From positions 62,001 to 126,000 of the forward strand of contig JAQGDQ010000293.1 in NCBI GenBank assembly GCA_030141605.1: a stretch of 64,000 bases of DNA, read 5' to 3'. Source of the stretch: Tubiluchus corallicola (lineage: Eukaryota > Animalia > Priapulida). Positions 14,631 to 28,410 of the stretch are shown in pieces. Position 1 is the stretch's first letter. The number at the start of each line of letters is the position of its first letter. The notes beneath the pieces were generated by a model. That model made no database searches and was not told where the DNA came from. It saw only the letters and a program-made list of their open reading frames with translations. The translations under genes and the position numbers were made by a program.

Positions 14631-14806
14631 ACTGCGCTTCTAAACGAAAGCGTATTAGGGCCATTAAACCCAATTATAACCTGGTTATAACCAATTTTTT
14701 TGCCATACTATTATAAAGATGTGGTTATAACCGGATGTAGCCAGATTTTTTTATAATCGGATATCACGGCCCTAATACGCTTTCGTAACAGTTTGGTGAC
14801 GCAGCC
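14631..14806. mobile_element. Small palindromic MITE
   Basis: Perfect 19-bp inverted repeat ACGAAAGCGTATTAGGGCC (14644-14662) / GGCCCTAATACGCTTTCGT (14768-14786), with weaker outer arms and internal GGTTATAACC motifs. Confidence 0.7.
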
Positions 14807-17065
14807 TGCCTAGGAAGATTTAATATGTTAGTTTACTGCCAGCAGAGTATATAATGCAACATACCATTTACGTACGCAGTACATATAGCACCCAAGGGAC
14901 CAGCAACAATGACGTAAAAAGAGTATTTTTTCTAAATGAGCAGCAGCTTTATTAGAAAATAAAGCTAACTAGTATTACAAGTGTACCACGCCTGAAATTA
15001 TAGCTCCATTATATCTGGTGAAGGATCGTGCATCGAGAATGAATATTTAAGGCACACTAAACGTAAACTCTGTGAAGCATTTTTATATTTATTAAACTGG
15101 TGTGGGATTACGTCAGTAGAACTTCAAGTAAGACGATTTTCCAATTTCACTCGGGAAAAGCGCAGCTGAAACTCGCTTCAGTGAAAGTGGTACAAAAACA
15201 TTTTAGCTTCCATAACATAACTATTGGGAATACGTAGAAAGCTGTAAGGTAGATATTAACTAATTTACGCCTGGCTAATTACAAGCGTAAACTTAACATG
15301 GTGCTTTGAACATGGAAAATATCCCCGGTGTAATTCGATTTAATTTTATTCCACATTTCTGCAAAAATACTTTTTCCCGTCCTTGCAGCCTAGCTTCCCT
15401 GCATTCCAGCTTGCAGTTTTAGTGCTCAGCAGGATTAAGAAAATCAACTCAGAAAGCTCTTCATTTGCAAACGCAAACATATTATCTAACATATCCTGTT
15501 CTAACGTATGGCAGTAAATGTTGATATGGCGTGAAAATCTCGATAGTTATGAAAAACAGATTAATGTAAGAATAACAACACTAAGATGTCGTAGTCGGAA
15601 GTAATTCTATTTTGAAATTTCTAACAAGCGATGATTATTAGTGTATTCATTGTTTACGATCACATGTGCTAAAAGCTAGGAACAAGGATGCATAGTTTGG
15701 GCTTTCTCTGATAGCAGAGGCATTTATACCTTATTAATAAATTATCATTAAGAGCTTCAGGGCCTGGTGTGCCAATTTCAAAACTGTGCTGTTCAATCTG
15801 CTGCAGCTGCTTTTTGCACCTGTGGCTGTAATTAAACGATTTTTGGAGCCAGAGGTGAGCAGCCAAGTATTGATCATATCTGGGACAATCAAAATACAGT
15901 GAATGGAGTTTTTGTTACAAAAAATTACACGTAAAAATGCTAAAGCCAAACCGGAAACTAAATACGATGCTGAATGAAAAGGAAATGTAAAGAACAAAAT
16001 AGTTTTTTCTTACTATAACAGATATTTCAAATTCCTTAGTCTGAACGAATTCACGCGAAAAAGGGAAGCACAAACTACGAAAGTAAGAAAGGAAAATAGC
16101 TCACCATTATGCCACATATTTTTTGCGTAAAGTTGTTGTAGAAGATTTTCCAGTTTCCGAGATAGATGAAACACAGTGTTAAAAAAAATCCAAAATGTTT
16201 TCATTAGTTTGTTAGGCGAGACATGCAAAATATTTTAGAAGATTAAATAGTGATGTGGGAATCAACTTTCGTTTGCAAACGTTTTTGTGATGCCAAAATT
16301 GAAATAAGACCTGTTTGATCAGAAGGTTTCTAATTTAGTTGAAAAATTCAAAAGATTTACCAAAACTACTATGCCAAGCATTGCTTTGGCACTATATGCT
16401 ACACTTAAAATAATTATGATACACACTACACGTTTAAGGAACAATTGTGATACATGATACACGTTCAAGGAATTTTTTTCTTAAGCCTTGTGGAAGTTTG
16501 CGCCTGGTTTAACTTACGTGTTTTGATAGCTAATGGTACATTTCTTCTACCAAACAACGATGGCTAAATGGTGTTAAATCAAAACTCCCATTCGGAATTA
16601 AAGTAGAGAGTCAAACTATTCATGTTTTGTCCCCAAAACACGTAACTTACATATAGTCATCTGCAGTTCTAGTTTGTACCAGCTGTAGCCGGTGACAGTT
16701 TGAGCAAAAACCTCAGCGGAAAAATTAACCAAGGTAGCGAAAACTAGTAAACTCTACCACTTACGATTTCACTGAATGAGTATACGATCAGGCAGATCCG
16801 TTTAGAACACATTCTAAACACCGGTCTGAGCTACGTGGTTGATTCTCTCTATACCATATTATTGTATAGAATAGAGTATATAGCTGATATTTAGTTGCAT
16901 TTTAGGAGCCTTTAATTTTAGGAATATATAATGAGATGTATTCAATTTTAGGGTGCTGTTTTCATAGATGTTATTTTTATGTGCCATTTTATGTTTTATA
17001 GGATAAGCTTAAGTGCGCGTGCGCCTGCTAATTTCTTTCTTTTATACTATCTTAATATGTCTGTC

Positions 17066-17116
17066 AGTGTAATATGTAATATATGTAATAATATTACATA
17101 TATTACATATTACACT
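17066..17116. other. Perfect AT-rich palindrome, 25-bp arms, 1-nt spacer
   Basis: AGTGTAATATGTAATATATGTAATA-A-TATTACATATATTACATATTACACT. Confidence 0.9.
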
Positions 17117-17516
17117 TCTTGTAGGCTTAATGTTGAACAATATAATTGACAGACTTATATATTAAGCCTACAAAATGATAAATTCTGAAATTGCCTTTCA
17201 TATAAGAAGTGTTGAATGAACCAGTTTCTGATAACTGGGAAAAAAGATCAAGCTAAAAGCACAAATTGTTTCAGTATTTCAGTGCAACAAAACTGCTAAA
17301 TGAAGCGAATGCCTACTTCACTTGCAGGAAACTTTTGACGTCACAGAGGCAGCTGCATATACCTCGTAAGACCGGATTAACGGAACCAGATGTGAAAAAT
17401 ATCGCAATATGATTAGAAAGTACTGAGTTACTAAGATATTAAGCGTCGCATAAGCCTGTATAATAAAATTAATTGTAGGAATTCTATTGTAATTTACGTA
17501 CATAGATGAATAGTGA

Positions 17517-17840
17517 ATGGATGGATGGATGGATGGATGGATGGATGGATGGATGGATGGATGGATGGATGGATGGATGGATGGATGGATGGATGGATGG
17601 ATGGATGGATGGATGGATGGATGGATGGATGGATGGATGGATGGATGGATGGATGGATGGATGGATGGATGGATGGATGGATGGATGGGTGGGTGGCTGT
17701 TTGTTTGGATGGATGGTTGGATGCATGGATGGATGGATGGATGGATGGATGGATGGATGGATGGATGGATGGATGGATGGATGGATGGATGGATGGATGG
17801 ATGGATGGATGGATGGATGGATGGATGGATGGATGGATTG
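17517..17840. repeat. (GGAT)n microsatellite
   Basis: Direct observation; gives the MDGW/HPSI ORFs. Confidence 0.97.
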
Positions 17841-18155
17841 GAGGGAGTGAGGGAGTTACGGATGGAGGAGCTAGCTAGGTAGGTAGGTAGGCAGCATGAT
17901 CTAAAAAATAGATAGATAGGTAGGTAGGTAGGTATCTAGCTAGGTACGCAGATAAGCATGTAGGCAGGTGCGCAAAACAAACATTAATGCTTTTAACTTT
18001 ACGTAATCTCACACCCTGGCGGCTGGCATCCACATTCAGGTGCGTTCGGCGTAACGTACTGACAGCATTTCTCACTGCTCATCATTCTCTCTGCTTTTTC
18101 CTCACATTAAACTACCACAACATCATGGAAGCTATGCCTAGCTAAACTGCTTTAA

Positions 18156-18630
18156 AGTAAAATCGGACCCAATCTTAAACTGTATGTCAAAACAATGTAC
18201 TCTTTAAAATATTGAACGGAAATATATTATTTTTTCGAAAATGACTTACTTGAAAGAATTATTGCCACCCAAACGCAGTTCATACGTGTGAGTTTGTGAC
18301 GAACTACACACGTTCGACAGCTCATGCGTGATCACAGCTTTTTTATCTTAAAGTGCCTAGTTTTAGTACAACACATTTAATATCTTACAGTAGCACTGTG
18401 CTTCAATATTCACTTTCACAAACTCGTGCAACACGCTAATGGAATTTTTTTACTGTTGAAAATTATGTTAGTTTGTGATGTCACCAATAGTTGGGCTCGC
18501 CCGTCGTTAATTAAGTTTTTAATCTATCATTTAACTATCAGAAACGCTTCTGCAGCATTAATTGCGTTAAAATGTACACTTTATCGGACTTGAGAATGGG
18601 GTTGTATATGAAAAGTCATCCTGTCTTCCT
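18156..18630 (+). mobile_element. Kolobok-like family A (copy 2, internal deletion)
   Basis: TTAA|AGTAAAATCGGACCC...TCCTGTCTTCCT|TTAA; lacks the central segment present in copies 1, 3 and 4. Confidence 0.85.
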
Positions 18631-20457
18631 TTAAAGGTAAGACAAAAAATCAAACTTATCTCGATTTGCCGATCCTTCGATCACCACTCCACAATGTAGC
18701 CCGACTAAGTTAACCTGCCTGGGTAACATAGGACATTCTAGCTCCAGTCAATGGTCTATACTATTATTATTGTTGTCGTAATCATAATTCTGTAGTGATG
18801 ATATTTTTAATTTGACTGTATTTGAATTAAAGATTAATCCCAAAAAGCAAACCTAGCATTAGCTTCATGCATACATGTACTTCTCCTAGTCAGCATTAAT
18901 ATCTTTCTCACTGTTATCCATTACACATGACAATACGCCACAAACATTTAATCGTACAAGTGACTCATAGGCAAACGGGGGCTTGTTTTCAGCTAAGCAG
19001 AAATTAGATTTTGCTTCAGTGAATCTGCGAGTAGCTAGGTCACTTAGTGCTGGTAACACTAACAGCATTAGCCTGTACCATCTTAGTCAATTTGCAAATG
19101 TTAAATACTTGATGGCTTTCAAGAAACTGCTCAAGCTAGGCGTTCAACGAAGGTGAGCTGAAAACGGGAGTTACTCAAAATGTCCGGGCAACAGGACGTT
19201 ACAAAAAGTGCACACAGCTGCATAGCATTAGTACACCAATATTTGGTATGGCAATTGGAATGATGACGTAAACTTATGCTTGTTATATATTAATAGTAAC
19301 ATACGACAAACATGTATGTATTAAATATAATTAAAAATATGATACTATCGTTTTGTCACTAATGCAGAAGTGCAGGTGTATTGTGCAATATGTGTCTCCT
19401 GGTGCTTTTGGAAAATCTGTTTTTTGCAACATTCTATTATACTTGATGATGGCTTTCAAGAAACTGCTTAAACTAGGTGTTCAATGAATAAATCGTCGTC
19501 GACTATTATCTGTTAGACAGATATAACTATTACCTAGAATCTATAATGATCTATAATCCATAATCTAATTTAATCTAATTTAATCTAATCTAATCTAATC
19601 TAATCTAATCTATAATCTATAAGCTATTATCTATAATATTCTATCATATTGCAGACAGTTCAGGAGTTGAAACAAACGTCTATGAATCAAAATTCCAAAG
19701 ATTTGTACTAAACACGTCTACTAAATAATAACGTTGAAATAAAGAAAAACAGATTATTCGATTCTTCTCTTACTAATAGGATGTCACTTAAATTTTGTTT
19801 CCTGAACAGCAGAGCCCTCCAGGGAATTCTAGTAGCCTTAATGAGCTGTAATAAGTACAGCAGCTATTGGTCAGAACTGGAGTGACCCATCTAACGTCGT
19901 CTGTGAAGATACAGCTACATCATAATTTAATAAATCCAACTCAATAAATCCAAATTACATCACGTTCTGTCAACCAGTTCCCTGGTACGACTTTCCCTAA
20001 GCCAGTGTTAACGCTAATATGTCTAACTGGAATGGCGCCTATAATCGGGACGACTTTGCGGATTAGTCTAATTTTATTCCATTGAGACTGCAGTCTGCAG
20101 GTCGTATGTAAAGCGCGTTTATTTGAAGTACGACTGGAGGATAAGTTAATTTTCATTGCTAACGTTCAGAAAACGTAGTGTGCTGTGAAGTCTATGTCCA
20201 CTTAGCTAGCGGACCACAAGTAGTTTTCGAAGATGAAAGGTCTTATCGTGCTGGAAATTGTTATTCTTTTAAAATTGATTTTAAGTCTTAATTCCTGTTA
20301 TTCAACTAGATTATTATAAATGCTGTATTAATCATTATTGCGACGGTTTTTCTATCATTCGGAAAATTTAATTTTACCAGAAAGTGGTCGCTGTGGCAAT
20401 TTTATTTCAGCAAAATTTTTAGTTAACGCTGTCTTGTCATCAGCTCATTTGGATCCA

Positions 20458-21070
20458 ATGTGGCGGCTAAAATACTATTCTGCGAGCCAAGTTTGTTTGT
20501 TTGGTTCGGTAGCCAAAAAACTAAACTACATAGATTTTAGTGAAATGAATGGTACTAGGACCACTGGGACGGGCATACGTGGGGGGGGGGGGGCAAAATA
20601 AGCACCACCACACCATCTATTATGGCTGCTAAAATACTATTAGGCAAATCGAGTTTGTTTGGTCTTTATGCACAGACAAACAACTGCATGAATTTTATTG
20701 AAATTTGCATGAATGGTAGCAGGGCCACTAGCAAACATACGGGGGTCAATATATTTTATTCATTTATTTACTTATTTATTTATTTATTGGCGTCAAAAAT
20801 ACATACAAGACATACATACAATAAAAGCACCACCATCTTGCACCAAACGTGGGTGCAAGCCCACTTTTAAGACAAAAATACTTTTAAGCAAGTCGAGTTT
20901 GTCTGTTTGCTCATTATGCACCACCAAACAGCTGCATGGAGTTTAATCAAATTCTGCATATGTGGTACCAGGAACTACTAGTAGACGTAGACGTGGGGTC
21001 AATATAAGCCTCACTATGCTGCACCCAAATTACTGCATGAAATTTTATGAAATTTTGCATGAATGATATT
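20458..21070 (+). mobile_element. Diverged tandem units resembling non-autonomous Helitron/Helentron 5' ends (~3.5 copies)
   Basis: Unit ...AAAATACTATT...GAGTTTGT(T/C)TG...CTGCATG(A/G)A.TTT.ATGAAATT.TGCAT..ATGGTA... recurs at ~20460, 20622, 20870, 21030. The Helitron-like assignment is by resemblance only. Confidence 0.5.
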
Positions 21071-21892
21071 AAAGGGTCCCAATGCTCGAAAATGCATGTC
21101 TACGGGACTAACAACGCAGACGTAGCCTATCCTAATATAGTCAAATGTGCTACTGTCAGCAGCAAACTATTTTATACTGCGCAGGCGCATTACGTTTTAC
21201 TGATTTAAATGTGTGTTCAAAGTAGAAAATTAAAAAAATTAACTCTATAGGTAACACGACAATAAAAATGGAGCCCAACATTCCTGCCATCACAACAATA
21301 CCTAAATTTCCAAATTCTTGACAAAAATGTCTAACTATCCATTATGTTTTACGTGGGCTCAATGAGCAGGCCTAGAATTATACTTTCTACTCTCAGAAGA
21401 CACAGTAAACCAATGTTGTTTACATAGGCAGACGATTTAGGTAATGGTTTTGCTGTAATAGTTTCATATTTAATTCAGTGGCATAGCGCCGACAGTTATA
21501 ATTCTGTATTATTGCCTATTCAAATATTCAGCTTGCTGAATTAACCCCAAACTGCAGATTTCGGAGACAATTGGGACTGTAGAATTCTGCTTTTAAAGTG
21601 AAATTCCCTGGATCTCAAAATTATATCTTTAACTTGACAATTTGTGGGTACGTCGATTTTTTAACTGGTGAAAACCAGTGTTAACGTTTACTGAAAATCA
21701 AGATGCATTTTTCCTTAAGATACTATAAGGAACTTAATTACTATAACGTATCAATACTCCAAGGTGCTTCGCTTTGAAGCTATTTTATTTAAATAAATGA
21801 ACATTACGTTTCAAATGCACATCACTTCGTCAAAGCTATGAAATTTAAATATTATAGCTAGCGCCGAATTATCACCTTTTTTGGGCCCCTAG

Positions 21893-22084
21893 CAGGGCCG
21901 GCCTTAAGCATAGGCAAACTAGGCAACCGCCTAGGGCCTCGCACAGGAATCATAAGAAAAAAAGGTAGTTTTTAATAAATTGCGTAATTTTATTTTTTTC
22001 GTATTTATTTTTTATTTTTCTATTTCATTTGGGGCCACCAAATTCACTTCGCCTAGGACCTCCAATTACCTAAGGCCGGCCCTG
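21893..22084. mobile_element. MITE with CAGGGCCGGCCTTA TIRs and apparent 7-bp TSD
   Basis: CCCCTAG|CAGGGCCGGCCTTA...TAAGGCCGGCCCTG|CCCCTAG. Confidence 0.85.
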
Positions 22085-22465
22085 CCCCTAGGCTAATGAA
22101 ATTATGGGCCTCCCCTCAGACGGAGCGATCCTCTAACTCCCCCCTACCCCTCTTGAATATTTTTACTCGTGATATATTTTAGCGACATTTAGATAACTTA
22201 AAATAAACTTATTGCAAATTCTTTAAATAAACTAGAATAACTGTCTTTTCATTGTCACTAAAAATATTCTTTAAGAAATGCCGATATTTTACTATTTATT
22301 GCTAACAAACTCCGATTTTTTAGCGTTCTATCAGCATCATCGTCATCATCTCATCATCGTCATCATCAGCATCATCATCATCTACATCGTCGTCGTCGTC
22401 GCCGTCATCATCACTACACTCGTTGTCACTATTATGGTCGTTACTATTATCACCATCATTATCAT

Positions 22466-22935
<470 letters not shown>

Positions 22936-23142
22936 ATTATCATCATCATCATCATTATCATCATCATCGTCATCATCATTACGTCATCACAAACTATCAT
23001 CATATTATCAAGAGCGTCTTTTTTACGAAGAGCCAAACATAGGTTTTCACCATATTCAAAAACATCGTAGGCCTACAATGATGAATATGCCCATGCTAAG
23101 TGGTACTGAGGCATGTGGCATAAAAAATTATCAAATTTTAAA

Positions 23143-23787
23143 AGAACAAGAAAAGGGGCACCTGAAGTAGGTTTCAGAAAAATCGCCTCAAAAAATTGTA
23201 CTACTTTACAGCAATTTTATACATATATCATATTCGCGTTGAAAAGAATTTTTATTTGTTTTCATTTTAAATCTCCGACGGCGCCATTACATGACGTCAC
23301 TACGCCACGTAAATCAAAGGAAGAAAAAACAATGTTAAATTATGTCCCAAAAAACTTTTCGCTCAAATCTGTATTACTTAGCATTTCGCTTACCTGCTGG
23401 AAAGACTTATTTAACTAGAAATCATAATTTAAAATGTTTGTGCCAAATGATAAAATGTCCCTCACTCTCCAGGGTGCGCCACTCACTAGCCAAAAACGTA
23501 TTTTTAATCTTATTGACAAGATACAGTAATTTAAAATTTTATTAGTTAGTGGCGTGTGCATTACGGATGCTCTGACTATTTTTTTCACTTTACTCATTGT
23601 TATCTAAACTTGTTTAAACGACCTACCATCAGAAAGCTGCGCCTAATGGTCATCGCAGGAATTTAAATTTACACGTTTTATACAGCGTTACGGCCAGCCC
23701 TGCACGCAAAAAGACAGTATGTAAGTGGTACAAAAATTTCAAGACGAATTTTTTAAGCTTTATGTAAGTGGAGGGTTTTGTTGTGCT
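23143..23787 (-). mobile_element. Kolobok-like family B long form
   Basis: Reverse complement of 8456-9124; ends AGAACAAGAAAAGGGG and TTTTGTTGTGCT|TTAA. Confidence 0.85.
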
Positions 23788-24261
23788 TTAAGCAGTTAGT
23801 GTAGACGAAAAGTGGTTTCTTCGTGATCTTGTCTGTTTAGCCGGTCTGAAATTTTACGTGCGTACGTTGCTAGGAGAAAAAGCGATTAAAATTCATGCGG
23901 ACGGACAGATAAACAAGAAGACAATGGTGAATGTTTAGCAACCACATGGTTCAGTCGCGTGCAGAAGAGCAGTTAAGAATATTAATAGAGCACAAACATG
24001 TGAACTTCCACTATTCTAGCAGCTGCCCAAACTATTACGCACTAACTATGTTTGGCTTCATCATCGTGTTGATAACTAAACGGTTTCACGAAACCCGCGA
24101 TACGAATGATGGCTGAAATGACGGACTGTGTGGCCAAACGTATTAGCAGATCACGTAGTTTTAACCTGTAAGTCTGATGACCATAATGATCATAATGACC
24201 ATCATGACCATAATGACCATAATGATCATAATGACCATAATGATATAAGACAAGAAACATA

Positions 24262-24716
24262 ATGTATTTTCCCGTGTATAAGAGACCCTTGTGTATAAGA
24301 GACCCCTTCAATTTTTAGGCAAAAATTCTGGAAAAAAGTTTTTTCAGACGGACATTTTTAGAGGGTAAAGTACAACTTTTTTCAACTCAGTGCGGTACTG
24401 AAAACAAAATAAAACCAGTTAATGTGTTGTAGAAAAAGAGTACTGGTATATATTAAAGTGCGTACCTGCAAACCTGTAACAGGAAAAGAGAAAACGAGGA
24501 GATAATGCCTGTGTCACGATGCTTGTATTGCTTACAACCGCTTCATAGTCGAACGCGACACGCAAAACAGTTGTAGAGCACTTATTTCTTTAAAATCATT
24601 AGTGTCACAATTTATGCATCTTATTGAAAAGACTTACTCCCATGTATAAGAGACCCCCTATTTTTAAAGTGAAAATTCTGAGCAAAAAAGGGTCTCTTAT
24701 ACACGGGAAAATACGG
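24262..24716. mobile_element. Tc1/mariner-superfamily (pogo/Tc2-type) MITE
   Basis: TIR GTATTTTCCCGTGTATAAGAGACCC / GGGTCTCTTATACACGGGAAAATACGG|TA, TA flanks, and subterminal repeats of GTATAAGAGACCC. Confidence 0.85.
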
Positions 24717-24829
24717 TAATTTAATAAAACGCATAAATAACTAACTAAAAAATCGCAAACAAAGAAATTAAAATGCCACGTTTCATTTAGCCGACTGCAT
24801 TAATCAAGTTTAACCGGCTCAGTGTTTAA

Positions 24830-25649
24830 AGCACAAGAAAACCCTTTACTTACATAAAGCTAAAAAATTGTCTTGAAATTTTATTGCCTTATTGTGCACA
24901 GATCTTGTGTTAGCAACAACGCTGTATGGAAGTTGAAAATTTAAATTCTCGGGGTGACCTTTAGGCGCAGTCATTTTGAGGATAAAAGTGTTTAGAACAA
25001 ATTCAGATAACATTGTGTAAAGCCTGAAAAATGAACAGAGCATTTGTAGCGCACACACAAATAAATAAGCATGAGAATAAATTACTATATCTTGTCAATA
25101 AGATTAAAAATAGGTTTCTTAGTGAATGAGTGATGAACACTGGGAAGGTGAGTCAGTGATGCACACTGGGAAGGTGAGTCAGTGATGCACACTGGGAAGG
25201 TGAGTCAGTGATGCACACTGGGAAGGTGAGTCAATGATGCACACTGGGAAGGTGAGTCAGTGATGCACACTGGGAAGGTGTGTCAGTGATGCACACTGGG
25301 AAGGTGTGTCAGTGATGCACACTGGGAAGGTGAGTCAGTGATGCACACTGGGAAGGTGAGTCAGTGATGCACACTGGGAAGGTGAGTCAGTGATGCACAC
25401 TGGAAAGGTGAGTCAGTGATGCACACTGGGAAGGTGAGACAGTGATGCACGCTGGAAAGGTGTGTCAGTGATGCACACTGGGAAGGTGTGTCAGTGATGT
25501 TTTTCAGGTGACGCGAATATTTTAAATTACTAAGAATTATCTTTCCTAATTACATCAGTATTTCAAACAGTAAACGTAATGCTAATTAATATAATTTTAT
25601 GTGGGAAGTTTTTTTAGGGATGTACTTTAAATTAGCTTCTTCTTTCCTT
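24830..25649 (+). mobile_element. Kolobok-like family B short form carrying an internal minisatellite
   Basis: TTAA|AGCACAAGAAAACCC ... TTCTTCTTTCCTT|TTAA. Confidence 0.8.
25137..25499. repeat. 26-bp minisatellite x14 (CACTGGGAAGGTGAGTCAGTGATGCA)
   Basis: TGG(G/A)AAGG anchor every 26 nt from 25141 to 25479. Confidence 0.97.
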
Positions 25650-26119
25650 TTAACTTAGCTTAAATCATGACTTATTTACTTGTTTTTCCTACTACAGTTG
25701 TTTCGAAAAGAAAATGAACAAAGAAGCAGAATCAGCGAATTAGCGCTTGGGCAGAATTTGTTAAATCTATATGTCTTCACTCAGTTTGCTTGCAGTTTAA
25801 GCAACATTAATTCTCATTGATATCAATCATTTCTAGTTAAAACGTGTGACGTCAGTAATGTACAACTTTTAAAGACTGTGTCATCTTTTACTGAGTAGCT
25901 TACGGAATGTATAGACTTGAAGCTGATTGAACAAAGCTCGTTTCTTTAAAATGCAGTATAGGGAAGTGCAACAGATGCCTAAAAAGGCTGCCTAATACGA
26001 AGTAAAATCATTTTTATCACCTATAGGCTAGCACAGTCCCCCCCAAACCTTTTTGGTACGAACTTCAAATGAAGCTTTTTTAAAGTAAACTGGCTGCCAG
26101 CGCCAAGGCATTTGTGTTA

Positions 26120-26492
26120 CTGTTGATGCCACTACCAACTATTGTTGTTATTGTGGTCGTTCCTGCTGCTGCCATTGTTGTTGCTGTCGTCTGTGCCATT
26201 GTCTGTGTCAGTGTCAGTACAATTGTCGTTCTCGTTGTTGATGCTTTTGTCGGCGTCAGTATTGGTGTAATTGTCGTTGTCATTGTTGTTGTCAATGTTA
26301 ATGTCGATGCATTGGTGCATCGGTGCCAGTGTCGGTGTCATTGTCAGTGTTAGTGTCAGTATCGTTGCTATTGTCAGGTTATTGTTGCTGCTGTTGTTGT
26401 TGTTATTGTTGTTGCTGCTGCTGCTGCTGTTGTTGTTGTTGTTGTTGTTGTTATTGTTGCTGCTGTTGCTGTTGTTGTTGTTGTTGTTGTTA

Positions 26493-26549
<57 letters not shown>

Positions 26550-26670
26550 CTGTTATTGTTGTTGTTGCATTGGTGCCAGTGTCGGTGGCATTGTCAGTGT
26601 CAGTGTCTTTGCCACTGTCAGGTCATTGTTGTTGTTGTTATTGTTGTTGTTGTTGTTGTTAGTGTTGTTG
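26120..26670. repeat. Compound (TGT/TGC)n low-complexity tract with an internal ~250-bp duplication
   Basis: GGTGCCAGTGTCGGTG.CATTGTCAGTGT occurs at ~26322 and ~26572, around a (TGY)n run. Confidence 0.9.
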
Positions 26671-27199
26671 ATATGATTCCCGAAAAAGTTTCTTTTTTAT
26701 CATCTAACCACTCAAGTTCCCGTCACGACGTTATATAATGACTTTATAAAACGAAATTTTATTTGGCAGCAATTTTGTACAAAATATTAATTGGGAGATC
26801 TTTAAATTATGGCGCCCCTTTCAAACAATAGACGTATCTGTTCTGGCCAAGTTTTCAACAGCTTAAACGCTTCATACCGCCTGGGTAATTCAATTGCTGG
26901 AATCCTGATTAAAACATTGATTTGTTGTTGTAGATGCTTGTCTGTTCATTCTGTTTTATCCTCGGGAATAATTTTTCAAGCGCGTGCAGTACATCAAGGT
27001 TACAGGAAAGGTTATTCAAATCATTTTTCTTCGGAACTCTAATTGTTGCTTAATGAAATGCCGATGTGTTGTGGCAACGCGCTGTAATACTCCCTGATTT
27101 AAGTGTTTCAAAAATGCACTCACGGAATTTCACATTTTCTTAATGTTAATCTGCTCGTGGGCGGATTACTACGTTGGGCTAACTTGAATAGTTATGTTT

Positions 27200-27310
27200 A
27201 AAATATAGAGCTATCCGTTAACAGTTTAAAGCTCTCAATGGCTACTGCTGTAATTATGCAGAAGGATAAAGTATTTTCTCAACAGTCAAAGTCAGAATCA
27301 AAATACTAGC
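27200..27310 (+). repeat. Left arm of a ~110-120 bp inverted repeat pair (partner 28768-28890)
   Basis: AAAATATAGAGCTATCCGTTAACAGTTTAAA...TCAAAGTCAGAATCAAAATA is the reverse complement of 28768-28890 apart from one indel and a few substitutions. Confidence 0.85.
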
Positions 27311-27939
27311 ATCGTTCTAGCGTAACGATTTGCCGAATTTATGCAATGATTATTTGTAATTCTTTTTTACACAAATATCAATAAATTAGTCACAAAATAA
27401 GAGATTAAAGGGGAACATAGTACAATTTTCAGGCAGGTTCCAAAAAACTTTTCAAACAAAGGTATATCCATTAACAATACGTTTACCTGTTTGAAACACA
27501 TATGTGTTGTGGAGATCGCTGGCATCTATTAGAATTACATAGAACATTGTAGAATGTTCCGTTGGAATGACCATCTTACCGTCTGGAATGTTCTGGAACA
27601 TTACTTCTGGAAGCTTCTTGGGCGCGCTATATAAGGCGAAGCAGGCCGCTGACAGGGGAGCACACAGATCTCGCACGGACGTATACATTCTCTTCTATAC
27701 TTACATTTTCAGATACACCTAAACGTTTTGCAGATTTTCACGTTTACTGTAATCATTTCGCGGTCCTCATACTTTTGTGTTGTAGAATTCTCGCTTAATA
27801 AACTAGTTTAATTTGACGACGTGTTTTCTGGTTTTCTCTACGAGCCTTCCGAGAGAAACAAAACACAACAATATGTAACCTCTAAAAGAAAAGTATTAGT
27901 AATTTAATATGTTAGCGCCGACTTGTAAAACGTTATTGT

Positions 27940-28197
27940 TTCACCAGAAAACGTATTATTAATTTTATTGACAAGATAAACTAAGGTATACGTTTGCTTA
28001 GTTAGTTAACTGTGCGCTACGAATGCTGCAGGTTATTTTTTAAAAGTTTATGTAATATTATTTAAACTTGCTTAATTTCTTACACAAAGCTGCCTGTTAG
28101 AATAGCTGCGCCTATAACGGCTATCGCAGGATTTTATATTCAAGTTTTACGCAGCGTTACTGCTAACACAAGCTAATAAGACAGTAAGTAGGTATAA
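27940..28197 (-). mobile_element. Kolobok-like family B internal fragment
   Basis: TTATTGACAAGATA...AGCTGCGCCTATAACGGCTATCGCAGGA aligns to the minus-strand copy at 23510-23720. Confidence 0.65.

Positions 28198-28410
<213 letters not shown>

Noticed and set aside
15700-16350. Possible decayed transposase region
   Set aside because: No diagnostic motif recognisable in any frame by eye.
25137-25499. CRISPR-like 26-bp repeats
   Set aside because: Head-to-tail tandem copies without spacers, traceable to a single segment of transposon family B.
26802-27130. Protein-like minus-strand stretch (HLQQQINVLIRIPAIELPRRYEAFKLLKTWPEQIRLLFERGAII)
   Set aside because: Under 50 codons between stops, no recognisable motif or splice signals; cannot be supported without BLASTX.
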